Assembly: GCF_000150275.1 (NCBI RefSeq)
Contig: NW_002060947.1
Location: forward strand, 1,973,740 to 2,037,739
Direction: 5' to 3'
Source: Trichoplax adhaerens
Lineage: Eukaryota > Animalia > Placozoa
Length of the DNA stretch: 64,000 bases
Position numbers and translations under genes: made by a program. The notes beneath the pieces are model-generated. The model was not told where the DNA came from. It worked only from the letters and a program-made list of their open reading frames with translations, and did no database searches. Positions 24,001 through 38,600 of the stretch are shown piece after piece; position 1 is the stretch's first letter; the number at the start of each line of letters is the position of its first letter.

Positions 24001-26473
24001 AGATGAAAATTTGCTATTTACGCAGCTATCTTAACTTAATGTCGTAGAAAACCCTTGAACCATGTCACCACCGTACGAAAATAACTTTGATCTATTCTAT
24101 TTTGGAACTCAAAACTAGGTCCTTACGGATAATGTAGCCGATGTTGTCCTAGAATTTTCCTTTTTATGTGCTATTAGCGTGCTAGCAATAGCCTGCCCAT
24201 GTGCTTTGGGCTTGGCAACACCTACTGCCGTTATGGTTGGTACTGGAGTAGGAGCTCAGTTAGGCATCCTTATTAAAGGCGGACTACCGTTAGAAATCGC
24301 TCATAAGGTTACACTGTCTCAATAATTATTACCCAAAGTGGATAATGTCATCTCATACCATAAACATCACTATCCATCTATATTAACATTTGAAATATTA
24401 TTTCTTAGGTTTCCGTAGTCATCTTTGATAAAACAGGTACCTTAACACAAGGTAAACCCAAGGTGAAAGAAGTTTTATTGGCCAACAGCTTGCTTATAGA
24501 TGCTAATCAGCTGATTAAATTGGCTGGAGCCGCTGAAAGCAACAGTGAGCATCCTTTAGCTCAAGCAATCGTGCAACATGCACAAAAGGTTTGTATTAGT
24601 CTTTGCAGTTGCTGGCTAATAAAGAGGTGCTTATACAAATAGGAGTAGTTCAAGCTATGACTAACTACGAGCATTCTACTCAAATCTTTCGTTACAGGAA
24701 ACCAAAGAAACAATCCTTGGTAAAACTAGCTATTTCAAATCTAAAACTGGATTTGGAATAAGTTGCAGTGTAACTTTATCAGAATCGAATGGTAAAACAT
24801 TAGACAGAATACTGTAGAATATCTTAGCTAAAATGATTTCAATACGTTTCATTTTCTAATTTTGCATGATGCAGTATATGTTTTTAAATTGATTGAAATT
24901 TACAGGAATATATTTTGTTATAGCTTATTTTCCAGTCAATTACAGAGCAACGTAATTTCCTATTTTCGTGTAGACGAATAACTGAACTTTAATTTTATTA
25001 CAGTTAACTATAGTAAATCATACCGATTTAAAAGTATTACGGAAAAAGATCGTGATGTTATCATTGGAAACAGACATTGGATGCATGCTAATCATATTAA
25101 GATCAAAACTGAATTTCATCATAAAGTCGCAACTTATGAAAGCCAAGGAATGAGCGTTGTTTTAGTTGGCATTGATGGTGAGTATGTTGGAATTAAAGAA
25201 ATGATCACAAATACTGTTACTATTTCAATTAATGAAGAATTGAAACTGCAACTGAAGCTATAAACATGGACAATAGGTGAGATCGCTGGAGCTTTTGCTA
25301 TCTGTGATACGATTAAATCTGATGCAAAGGATGCCGTGCAGAATCTACACAAGATGAATATTGAAGTTATTATGATGACTGGAGATAACAGAAGAACTGC
25401 AGAAGCTATTGCAAAAGAAGTAATGTATAAATTGTATTCTTACTTTAGCTATTATAGATCAAAGTAGAATACGAATTTATTTTTAATAATATCATTTAGG
25501 TCGGAATTCAAGCAATATATGCTAATGTCAAACCAGCTGACAAAATCGCTAAAGTTAAATCGTTACAAAGTCGCAATAATGTAGTAGCTATGGTTGGTGA
25601 TGGCATTAATGATTCGCCTGCGCTAGCTCAAGCAGATGTAGGAATAGCTATTGGTAGTGGTACTGACGTAGCTATAGAAGCCGCGGATATAGTTCTGGTT
25701 AAGGTTAGGCAAATTTTTCCTCGGTATTATAACCTTCTTTTAATATTCGCCTATACTGATATGAGCATGTTGCAACTAAAGTTCATTCGACATTTCATCT
25801 TCAATCAGGAGAAATTGATGGACGTTGTCACAGCAATCGATTTATCCCGAACTACCCTAAGGAGAATAAGATGGAATTACTTTTTCGCAACCATATATAA
25901 TATTGTATGTATCCCAATAGCTGCAGGTGCTTTTAAGCCAGTTGGATTTGTTATACGTCCTTGGATGGCAAGTGCTGCTATGGCTACCTCATCAGTCTCT
26001 GTAGTGCTATCTTCATTGTGGTTGAGAAGGTATTACTAAACAATTTTATGATTATACACGAAATGCAATGACCAAATTATGACTTATTGCTACAATTAAA
26101 GGGTTTAAGAACAAAATATGATGCACTCTAGTAATTACCTAAGTATTCTGTTATAAATCTACAACATTGTTTAATACTATAGTTACTCTGAGAATAGCTT
26201 GTAATATATAGTCATCTCATTTCACCTCACAAATATAATTACATACTTCTACAATACTGTAAAGTATACATATCGTATGCATTGACACAAAAAAATTCCT
26301 TTTACAGATACAAGAGACCAGCAGGTACAAGATCGATTACAGAATACTGGTTTAAAGGTACCTTGGGGCGAAGTCCGAAATTAAATATACATGTAAGCAA
26401 TAATAGCTATAGAAGTCTGGCTGACGTAGAGGCAGCAGATACTCAAGCCACGGAAAATTCTCAGTTGCTGTAA
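18098..26473 (+). CDS. ATP7: Copper-transporting P1B-type ATPase (ATP7-like), paralog 2, 21 exons, catalytic motifs intact
   Basis: Same exon structure as paralog 1 (18098-18217, 18768-19328, 20070-20322, 20453-20737, 20822-20982, 21150-21311, 21878-21954 ... 26308-26473). Motifs GMTCNSC, GMTCHSC, GMTCNSC, GMTCSSC, TGE, CPC, DKTGT, SEHPL, GDGIND, YN and MASAAM are present. Confidence 0.95.
19386..19454 (+). pseudogene. Intronic relic copy of the 3' end of ATP7-2 exon 2 (HMA C-terminal half)
   Basis: caagctatagtccgatataatgatagggaaataattgcgagtgatattgtagaaagaatcaaagacata resembles exonic 19236-19304 (offset 150 bp). It translates as [23 protein letters not shown] versus [23 protein letters not shown] and is flanked by in-frame stops. 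Confidence 0.75.
19751..19912. repeat. Diverged ~87-bp tandem duplication in ATP7-2 intron 2
   Basis: cttaggattc..gatttatcgatcat..tttgct...acaagtaga occurs twice (about 19778 and 19863). Confidence 0.7.
21304..21835. repeat. Minisatellite, ~88-bp unit x6, starting at the exon 6 splice donor of ATP7-2
   Basis: Units start at about 21304, 21392, 21480, 21568, 21655 and 21751. Consensus is roughly tgctaaaagtcagttggatctaaagtagatgctaaattcatgatagtaaaactaataggccagtgaattagatcaatctaattgaa. Confidence 0.92.
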
Positions 26474-29400
26474 ATATCATCCGTCATCATTTATATTTGG
26501 TTTATACGGGTATGAATGCAAGGCTTTCCAGCGAAATGGCTTACAATTTACTTCAGAAAATAGCGCTGATGTAGATTTTCATTTATATCTAAATTAAAAA
26601 AACGAATTAATAAACGTTACTTAAAAGTCGATGGAAAAGTACTTGCAGATTGATATTTTGATAGTAAGTGATGGCTAGGTCCAGGCATTAAATTTACACA
26701 TATTTTTATAAATTATAAAATTTGGTTAGAAATTTTAATAGTAAAGCATTGATTCTCAATACTAGTAAACTGCGTTCCTGGAAATGAGTAAATGTACATC
26801 ATGTACTGTATACTATTTCCGAATGATTATGTTCATTCTTGTAAAGAATAACTTATTCAATTTTAAAAATTTTTTAATTTGACTACTAATGTGATAAGAA
26901 AATCATCTTAACGGTTTGCGATCTCAATACTTACCGAATGTACGGAGAAGTCAAATCTATTATAAGTCAAGATCAATTTATAGAATTTTACTTCGAAATT
27001 TCGTATTGAAATAAAATATTACAATGACTAATTTAGTTTGTAACAAAGTAGAGCTTATTACTACATATTATAATCTTGTACCAGTAGCCATTGTACAGGA
27101 TAGCTTTCAGGTTGATTTTATCAAACTTACAGTCTAATCTATCGCCATGTTGAATGAAAACAATTAGGTTTAGATCGAATTCTTATATTGGTTACTTTGT
27201 TACCGTTATACTTGCTTCAGAGTATTTTAGATACATTTAAGTGCGGATATATATTAATGTTTACAATAATTTTATAGAGGTAAAATTTAGATTTTACATG
27301 ATCGTACACCATTCCTATAGTAGATCTTTAAATTGAGTGAAAAGAAAAATTGTGATATAAATTATGCCGTTAAGTAGAGCATAACGTCCTTATACGAGTT
27401 TCTGTTAGAGATATTTTAAAAGCAGTTGATTTCTAGATATCCAGACAATGGAAAATGGGATAGTCGATTTTGCACCTTCATTAGCACATTGTTACTCAGT
27501 ATTTTATTGTAGTCATAATCATATTATTGTGTGATCGACAGCTATGCAAGAGTGATATTGCAATTTCCGTTCCAAAATCAAAGTTATTAAGAATAAATCG
27601 CCATTTTTTACCAAATTTTTGTTCTACCTCCATTCATTGAATCATTATTAGAACTGAGATATTTGCCGTTCAAATATACCACTAGAAAAAGTACCTTCTA
27701 TACCATTGCTATAATCTGAATATTTACAGTATATCCATTTATATATTTTATTCGGAAATTGAATATTATGGCATGTTTATTATAATGCTGATGTGTAGCA
27801 CAACGCTGCAAAATATACCCTGGGAATAAGTAAATGAATTTTGCAATTGATTAATTAATCATTTTTACTGATGAAGCATTAAAATGATAGTAAATGCAGT
27901 CATAAAGATTTATCTTAAGCAAGCATTATCACTCAGGTAAAGCTACAATTTCGCAATAAAATTGTATTGATAAAGACTAAAGATGGGAGAAAATTCAATG
28001 GTTGAAATAGGTCATGGTCGATTATGACATAAAAGAATCATAACGTACCATACGATACATACAGGCTATTATTGATCAGTTATCATATTGATACAGAAGA
28101 ATAATTTCGCCACATGATTTATCTTTGAAATTTATGATAACTTTAGGCGATAAAAATCGAATTCGCTGCACAATTACATAGGTCTATAGCGTTTTGTTGA
28201 TGCAGACAGTGCTTATTTTGATAAGTGCCAAGGATAACAAAAAATTTCAACAATTGGAATAGCCTATAATGGATCGCTTAAAGGCCGTGATGCTGTATTA
28301 TTCTTCTTATGACAGTAAAATGAATAAATAGATACATCAACATTAAATAATCAATTTCATTTGGTGAGGGTTTATCATATAATTATTATTGATGAACTGT
28401 TATGGTGATAGAAAGAGCAATATTTCAGTTTACAAGGTTATAATACCCATCTCCACTTAATATTTTATGGCATTTTAAGCGATATAATTATGAGTAATGG
28501 ATAAGAATAACAGATCAATATTCACGATTGAAATACTTTGCTATCGATAACCATAAGAAAATATACCATTAGTTGAAAATTGAACGGGGCTGAAGAGAAT
28601 AAATTTTCGCATCAGCATAAAATTTTATTCTATATTAAGACTACAGCATTTTTATTTTTAGTATTATTTATTATTATTGATGAAGTATCAAGACAATAAG
28701 AAATACTACTGCAATCAATTTGACAGCAGCAGACGGTAATAATGAATAATTAACAAAACTTTTAGGAAGTGATCATTGATAACAATAAGGATTAATCTTG
28801 CAATAAGATAATGTCTCTTATCTAAGAGCTACTGCTTATTTAAATAAGGTATTGATAAAAATATAATTATTTACTACAGTAATCACGTAGTGCCATAAAG
28901 CGTGAATGATGAGGAATATTTATCTTTCCTTAGCTTAAGAGTGTGTTATATCGTGTTTTTGTATGTTGATATTGCATTTTATAACAGTAGGAAGAAAAGC
29001 CTACATCTATTATTGTATGCGTTAGAGGCTCTATAAATAAGTTTAAAAGATGAGGAAAAATCAATTGAGTTTATATCAGTTAGCCTATAATGATCGATGA
29101 TATTGTTGTATATCAAATCAATCATTTCTAAGCAGTATGCTTTCTCAGATCTAGTTGATAAAAGCAATATCATAATTGGATCTTTTCTAATATTTTATTT
29201 TTGAAATTGAAAATTTATCTAAATTTATCTTATAATAAGCTAATGGCATGGCTGCATTCCTTAACAACCAGGACAGGTGTTGTAATATTGAATATTTAAT
29301 CCATCAAGGAGTTACGTAAATTAAGTAAACAATGGAGAAAGAAGCTCCATTAAGGTGATAGCATGAAATTGCTTTATAGTCAGGCAAATTAATAGAATAT

Positions 29401-29634
29401 TACTTACGTAAGATCTTGTAATCTATTGTATGTACCTATCTTTAATATTAAAATCGGTGATTCTACATTTGTGCATTACCTGATTTTGACTTTATTGTAG
29501 TTTAACGGCATGTGAGTTATTATTTGAGCAATACGCAGTAACATCAGGATAGGAAACATTCTGACTAATCCAAACTCAAAAAATAAATTTGTCAAGATTG
29601 CTGAGTGATAGTAAAATTATTTTTCCTACACCTG

Positions 29635-32600
29635 ATGGCTTCTAATCTACTTGGACTTAGCCCGAAAGAATCCGATGCAGTCTCTGTTAAAGCTAGTTGT
29701 TTGTCGTTGTACATTTCAGGAATGACTTGTGCATTTTGTGCCAGAACTATTGAACGAGAATTGCAAAAACAAGAAGGTAAATTCGATGCTAGCATATCGT
29801 TATATTTTAATCTGTATAGTTGTACCATTTACTTTAATTTCAAGATTTTAAATAGTATATTTCTTGTATTAATTCTATCGCAATAAAATTATGAATGATC
29901 AGTTCAGGACTAGTTGTAACATGCTAACAAATTGAACATATTTAGGAAGTATTCTAAATTAGACATGATATAATCCTAATGCCGCATGTAAGTGTTACAA
30001 AACAGCTCTGCAGCGAGATAACGTGAAGTGCGATCAATAAGTTGATTCTCTAATCTACGTATTAGGGAGCAATATCTGCTCTATCAGAAAGATTTTTCCT
30101 ATGCTAGTAGACTACGCAAAAATTTATAAGCCTCGTATTTTACGTAAAACATTAATCTTAAGAACTCCCTTTATCATACGATATACCGCATTTTTATACT
30201 CATTTACAATAGTTAGACATCCTAGTTAGTAATATTAATATTGAAACCTTCAAATGAATCAAAAAACAATTTTATCTACTTCTACTTAATGAAGACAGCA
30301 ATATTTACGAACATAGACGTCTATTGACTAATACAAAATAGTCAGATTACAATATGTCCTATCACGGAACATTTCCATGATAATTGTAATCTACAACCTA
30401 CCATAAGTAAGTTATAATTGCAGTGATTAGAATTGCAAGAATATTTAAATCAGAATCTCACTGAATAAGGGTAAATCAAAAAATTAACCTAACATATATA
30501 TTTCTACTATAATCTCAATATTACGGTGCATAACTCTGTAACAGTAAGATTTCCCATTACCCTATCATTTAGGATATCTGGTTTTGAATATTTATTCGAA
30601 AAACTTTGTAGGGGGTTTTTTAATCAATCTAAAATATTGCTGTCAGACCGATAAGTGTTAAATTAAAGCAATTTTAAGTCATCTAATAGTGGAGCATCTG
30701 TATTAGGATTACAAGCTCCTATTTTCTTTTTATGTCTATCATATTCAGCCTTGCAAAACAAAATCCTATTTGTGGCATTCAAATTAGATCTTTTACTATT
30801 CTTACGCATAAGAGTATAATTTTATCGTCTACAATAGTACTGCAGAAAATATTCATATATCAATATGCAATCTGTTCAATAAATTTAAAATTATAAGACT
30901 TATATATAACATTTAAATTAGAGCAGCTCTACTACCAAAAAGCCAACAGCTGATTACTTTACGCTATCTATTAGTGAAAATCGATCCTAAGATCATAAAA
31001 CTGCGATTACTCGCTTCTGATTAGTTTCTGACTAGTTTTGTCATATTAGCTTTGTTAAATAGAATCTTCATGACACTGTAGAATTGGTCAATTGGATATA
31101 ATTTCATAGTTATATGTGAAATTTAAGGTATTCTTATCGCCTAGAATTGTATCGAAGTGAATATATGTTTATGCCGTTACACTTTTTATTCTATCTATCT
31201 CAAGTACAGTAGCCGTATAAATATAAAGTTATAGCAGTTGTATTATCTAACATGCGGTAATTGATTAATTTTAGGCTATTTAATGTTTTGAAAATTCAAT
31301 TCTAATGCCCTAAATTAGGAACATTTATCCTCTAATTGGCCCTTTGAATCATTCGTCAGGCTGTCCTTTTAAAATAAACCTTTTAGATTGCATACACTCG
31401 TCAAAATTAGATATTAACCTAATCTCACTATTCTCTTCCTATCATCATTGTAAGCAATGGAGAATATTTATGTTAGCATATTCGCATATGACTTTACTTG
31501 TTATTAAACCATTTTAAACATTTTTCACTCGCAGATACGAATATGACGTAAGTTATAATCAGCATATAAGTTAACTTTAACGAATCCTTTTTTGGTATTA
31601 GTTTAACAAATTTTGCAGCGTATTAATTTGCTTTAAATCATAATATTTAGCTAACTTTCTACTTTAATTTATCAGTTCATTCGCATTTATTGTACACGAC
31701 ATAACTGTATAAATTTTTATTTTGAGTGATAAAAAATAAGGGCCAAATATCTATTCAAATGTTTGTAACATGTATTTTTATTTATAGAAGCTTTCGCATA
31801 AACGTATACAACCGTAAAATTAGACTAATTCTGTCAAAAAATGAAATAATGTAAACAGTCAAGAGTACATCTATATCTTTTCCTAATGTAATGCACACCC
31901 TTCATCCTCTCGGTAGTCGTATAAATTTATCCATAAGTAACATTAGAGCAGTACTATTATTAAATCATATAAAGTCAAACTATCAAAAGTACCTCCATAC
32001 ATTCTCGTACGGTTGCGCTGGTCTTTTTATCAATCAAAACTGTCGTATAAATATAGATGATCACTAAATTAGGGTAGTTTCATCAAGCGATGAAATGATG
32101 CCGAATAGTAAGAAAGCATTTGTATCCTGATACTTGTCTTTTCATCACTTAAGCTATCGCTTAAATATAGACAAGAGTTAATAAAGCAATAATATGATAG
32201 CGTTGATTGATCATGTTTGATATCGATACTGGAAGCTAAGGTATTGTGTGCATGCTTAAAAATTACAAAAATACAAAATTTCATCCTTTTTGCTGCTCTT
32301 CTAGTCCTTTTATTGTGAATTTATAACTATTATACAGGTATGAAGATAAATAAGAGTTAATTTTGAAAAATTTAAAGAACCCCCCCCCCGTCCGTAAACT
32401 GCTTGAAATTATCCTGTACTAGATTATTTATGCATACAGTATATCAAAGTGTTACCTAAATACCGATCGACAGGAAATAAACTAACCCATTAGTTTAACA
32501 AATTCATACTATTTTTGGTTCTCAAATTAGGAATTATTGCTGTATCAGTGGCTCTATTATCATCAACAGGAAATGTTATTTACGATACTAATCGATTGAA

Positions 32601-35600
32601 AGCTATTCAAGTGCAAAGTCGAATACAACAACTAGGTTTCACTGCCTCAATATTATCAGAAGATGATCAGAATAAAAGCCGCATCGAAGTTATGGTAAAT
32701 AACCTAGCACGGGTACTGTAATAATCGTTTGATCAAGTTATAGACTTAATATCCCATTTTATGGCCTAGATTGAAAATTTAACATCCACCACTTGCATTG
32801 CTGATCTCAAATCCTCATTGCAAAGAATCCAAGGTGTTCAAACTGTAACAATCGTCTATCAAACTAAGCGCGCTATCATCAAATTTGATCCTAATCTAGC
32901 TAATATTCATCAGATCGTTAAGAAAATTCAGGTTGAATAGTTAGAGCTGACACTATAAAAAATTTATAGCTAATTCTTTACAAGTACAGAAAATAATTTA
33001 TCCTATAAAACTTGTAAAATTTTGGGCAATAACCTCGCTAATAGAGATTTTCATTTTCAGAATCTTGGATATAAAACAAATCTAATCACGCATGATTCTA
33101 TGCAAAATAACCTTCAGTGTGGGAAAGATATCCTAAGGTAATTTTATTGGAAGATCTTTATCTAACTATCTGTAATTTTAATCTAACTTTTAAATAAAAA
33201 ATTAAATGTTAAAGTTAGAAGCTATTTTTATTTTAACTGTAGATGGAAGACTGTATTTATAACTTCTATAATATTTTCCATACCTGTTGTGGTTGTCCTG
33301 ATCGCTTTCAATCAAAATAGACGAAAGCAAATTATTATTTTTCCTGGTGTATCATTAAAGAACCTACTTTTACTCGTGCTGTGTACTCCTATTCAGGTCT
33401 ATTACCTCATTTATTTCTTGATTTTACAATATCAGCGAGCGATAAATGTTAAAAAAGCTGATTTATTTTTTGTAATAGAATAATACATATAAGTAGTTAT
33501 GGCAAAGGTTTACAGAGTTAAAAGCTGAATTTAATTTAGTAGTAAGATAGGTGTTGCTTAAATTTCGAAGTCAAGAAATGACATCGATCGATAAGAACTT
33601 CCTATTCCCAATTCAGATAGCTTGCAACTTACGACTATTATAGCAGGGACAGTTCGGCAAGCATGGTAGTTATACAGAATCATTAAGCACATGTATTCAA
33701 AAGCTATTTTGTAATATTTATAATTAATTCTGGGAGCTATAAAAGATTAATAGGATTAGCTATAGATTGGACTAAGGGAGAATGAGCAATTGCATACAAT
33801 CATGAAAGTACATATCTAGAAGCCTTTTCCTTATATCTACAATTCTGCCTTAGAGCTATAAATGATTAATAGGATTGAATATGGCCTTAAGGAAAGAACT
33901 AGGATTTGTGCAGAACTGTGTGAATATTATAAAATTCATCTCAAATAATCTGCTGTAGAGAAGAAAGTCCCAAGCCGTTCAGTCTATAAACTAGATAACT
34001 AGAAATATTGTTAATCTATTTGAATTTCTAATGTTATTGTAGGTTCTTGGTAGTCTTCAAATCTATCCAGCCTCTTACCATGCAATAAAGTATCGTACAG
34101 CAAATATGGATCTATTGGTGTTTATAACAATCACTATTGCCTATCTATACTCAGTAAGTTTCGCCATTCACTGACTATGCATTCTTAAAATTATAACTAT
34201 TTATGAAACATTCAGTTAAATATTACCTTAACTTAAGAGATATTTTAGTCACTTACCTTAACATTATATAATTATAATTTGTCTTAAAATTGACTTCTAC
34301 AAATCAATATCAATATGAAATTTAGCAGAAAACAGCTATTGATTTTCAGTAATGGAATTATTTTCAATCATATGCCTTGTTATATTAATGCTATCGTATT
34401 ATTTACCTATAAATGAAATATATGTATTAACTTCTTGCGCTTCGCATAAGTAATTGACTGTAACTTTGAGATACGTAAAAAACATATAATTTTTATTGAA
34501 AGAAAACGGCTGTTAAAATATTAAACATTACTAAACTACTCTAACGGCTAGTTTTAAGCAGTAACATACTGTAGCTTTGAGAGATTGAAAATAAGATGGC
34601 TTCAAAACATTCGTCTACCGAAGTTTTTAGTCGGGGAATAATTTTTAATCATATACCTAATTATACCGATATTATCGAATCAATTACCTTTAAAGATATA
34701 TTAACTGGATAAACCTTTAGAAGCTTGTGCTCCTCAAAAGTAGCTTACTATAATTTTAAGATAACTATAAAATGTACAATATTTTTTATTAAAACAAAAT
34801 GTCTACTAAGATATTGAACATTAACAAAAAATTTCACCGGCTAGCTAGTAGTAGCATACTGTACGGCATTAGAACATCGAAATAAGATAGCTTTAAATAT
34901 AATATTGATCTACTAAATTTTCAAATATTAGCTGGATACAGTATCATAACTATAAAACAAATTGCAACTTTCGGATATAATTATAATAGCTTGTACTGCA
35001 ATCTTTGCAATCATGCTATTACAGAAACTATCTACAAAGATTGTAAACATTAATTAAATGATCCTTTCTATATCCATTATTAAATAGTATGACAATAAGC
35101 TATATTAATTAAGTATTTCGAGTACAATTATATGGGAATTTACGGGAATCACTACGAACTAAACTATTCAACTTTAATGAATAAGTTTTAAACAGTGGAC
35201 ATCTTGTTAAAAATATAAATTTAAAAAATAAATTACTGTGCAAAGTTACTTGAACAGCTATCATCGCTTTACTGAAGTTTCACAATGAATGAATCTCGCT
35301 AAATCCCATTTTAATAATTACCAATAGGTCATTGCAATGATTGTTTCGGCAATAGCTAATCCACAAACTAGCCCAGACACATTTCTTGAAAATCCTCCAT
35401 TAATCATGACATTGGTTTCACTAGGGCGATGGATAGAAAGTCTTGCAAAGGTAAGCTATGAATACTTTTCTATGTTGTGTTTAAATTGCCTGTTTACGTG
35501 GATATTTTCGAGATAATTATCCTTTAGCTAAATCTTAATTTGTATTGTGTTCATATAAGAATAAAGCACTAGAATCTGCTAGACGATTTCTTCCATCGAC

Positions 35601-38600
35601 AAGTACAGAAGCTTTACTGGTTGTTCTAGGAGCAAATGGACAAATTGAAAAGTAGAATCAATTTAAGCACATCTACCTCTAATTTCTAATATTATTCATT
35701 TGGATTTGAAGCTATAGCGTACAATAAATTTTTCACTTATTTAACTAGAGAAGAAATGATCCCTACGGATTTAATGCAACGTGGAGACACAATTAAGATT
35801 TTACCAGCTACTCGAGTACTAGTTGATGGAGTAGTCATCGCTGGATCATCAACGGTTGACGAATCAGTTATTCTAGGGGAGACAACACCTGTTCAGAAGC
35901 AAATTGGTGATAAAGTATTTAGTTTATCTATAAATCAACAGAATCCTCTTATCATTAGAGTGGAAGGAATGGGTATGAATACCTTAGCATCGCAAATTGC
36001 TCGCTTAATTTATAAAGGACAAAGTTTAAAGGTTATCCATTGCTAATGAACAGTATAAAGTAGATCATTCTTTTGAATCTTTTCAATTCTATTTGCTTAT
36101 GCTATTATTTCATTCATGGCTACTAGGTTCCTATCCAGCTATTAACCCACAGTATGGCTAATTACTTTTTCTGCATCATTATTTCTTTATCTATGATCAC
36201 ACTGATATTATGGATCATCATCGGCTATAGTAACGTCCAACTTATAGATTTTCAATTTAATGTAAGTAATAGTTGTTTCATAGCTGGGTAAAATTTGGAT
36301 TAAATTAGAATGTGCTGTATCCAATTATACATAAAGCATAAGCATCCTATACTGAGGCAGGAAAATTAGTTGCAGGTTATCTCAAAAATTGATCAATGTA
36401 ATTTTCATATGTTTAAATTAGAATGCGATATATCAATCTATCTTATATCAGCATATCTGCTCATCACGAGCTAACTGCTGTGCTTTGTGTTGTTGCAGCC
36501 AAAATTCTACAACATCCACGAAGTAACATTGGAATTTGCATTTCGTACTGCTATTGCTGTTCTTGCTGTTGCCTATCCATGCTCTTTAGGCTTAGCAACA
36601 CCAATAGCTTTGATAATCGGGATTGGCATTGCTTCAAGAAATGGTATTCTTATTAAAGGAGAAAAGCCACTGGCTCGTGCAAAAGGGGTTAGCTATAACA
36701 AGATTTGAAAAAATTAACTTGAAGAAAATTAGAATGGTTGTGATTTAACGAATTAATTGAGGTTTATGGTGCCTTAGAATTACTTAAACTATTCCATTAT
36801 TACAATTTTTTTAAGTAAATAAAATAGAAACTAGCATCGACTAACGATGATGCTGATAATCTGCAAGTACATAGAATCGAACCAATTTTCTAAAAAGTTA
36901 TCACTAATGCGAAGATGAAACTTTCTATCCAGCTCACAACTGTTTTCCTAAATAAAACTGGAACAATTACAACAGGAAAATGTAACGTAAAACTTGTGCA
37001 CAGTTTTGTCGACGAAAGACAATGTTCCAAGTCGAAACTAATAGCCTTGGCAGGTGCTGCAGAAGCCTGTAGTGAACACTCCGTTGCAGTAGCTATTAGC
37101 AATTATGCCAAAGAGGTTAATCAGTGATGTAGCCTAATTTATAATTTTAATTTTGACTCTTTGGTAGTAAGTAAGCCTTTCTTCAATAATCTTTTTCTAT
37201 TACTATAAAATTAATTCCAATTTGATGAAATCCATCCAAATTTTACAGCGTTATCGCTTTTTTACAGTTTTTTCAAGTAGACGTTCTAGGCGATGTTAGT
37301 GATTTTCAGGAAATGCAAGGCTTGGGGATACAATGCACCGTCACTGATATTGATAACTTGCTAGAAAATACAACTTATGAAGGTTTTTGCGCGGATTTAT
37401 TAAGGATATAAATATATATTAATGAAAACTGCTTAAACATATGCTAGAAAATACAATATAGAAAAGTCTTAGTTTCAATATATTATGAGCAGAGACATGT
37501 GAAAAATGATCTTCTGCTTGTATTCATCAAATAATGTTCCTATTACTATTTAACACTAATAGCTATATCTACTGACTATAATAATACATTTTCTATTTCA
37601 GATATACCCATTAGCCCAAATTCCATCAATAAATCGTATAAGCTAATGCGTATCGACAGTGTAAGATCATATAGGGTTGTTATTGGTAATAGGCAGTGGA
37701 TGCATCGAAATTGCATTTATATCGGTGATGATGTCAACGATTCTATGCTGAAAGAGGAGAGAAATGGAAGAAGTGCTCTATTGATAGCAGTTAATGGTGA
37801 ATGATTATGTAGTAACAAGAATAAGTTACAGCCTTGAGCTTCCATACGTTCATAATTAATGCCTACTATTTCATTAGATTTAGCAATTGGAATGATATCT
37901 GTAGAAGAAAAGATCAGATACAATGCACAAAATGCCATCGATGCTATGCGAAGAATGGATCTCGATGTCATCATGTTTACCGGTGATAATCGTCATACTG
38001 CAACAGCAGTAGCAAGTCAAGTATGCACAATTAATCCATGAAATAGCTGTCACCAAAGCAGCTTTAGAATTATTGACTATAAAATGCAATAGATAATCAT
38101 ATTAGCATGCATTAATCTCGCAGAATTGTTTAAATTAAGAGTTGCTAAGTCGTAACTCTGTAATACATGTATGTGAAGCCAAAGCAATTACCGGTAGGCT
38201 TGCAAATACTATTGCTAATCAGATCGATATAATTAGGTTGGAATTAAACATTTATTCGCTGAAACGACTAAATCAAGCCAACTAGCCATCTTACAAGCAA
38301 TGCAAAGGAAGGGTAAAGTTGTTGCTGCGCTCGGGAATGATTCATCAGATTCGTCTATTTTAGCTAATGCGGACATCGGCATTGCTATTGGCAGTAATGC
38401 ACATCTTAGTATTGATTCAGCGAGTATTGAGATTATAAAGGTAACTGCAAAATTTGGAATGCTGTTAGTGTAAATTGATTTTTGGATACGGATGCTGCCG
38501 GTAATAAGATAATTCTAATCAAATTAAGAAATACTTCGCATCTATTATACAATATGAAAGCATATATACTATCACTTAATAAAATCATGCGATAATAGCT

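Noticed and set aside
33727-34960. Short diverged duplications in ATP7 copy 3 introns
   Set aside because: Patchy similarity with boundaries I cannot define by eye; probably ordinary intron turnover.
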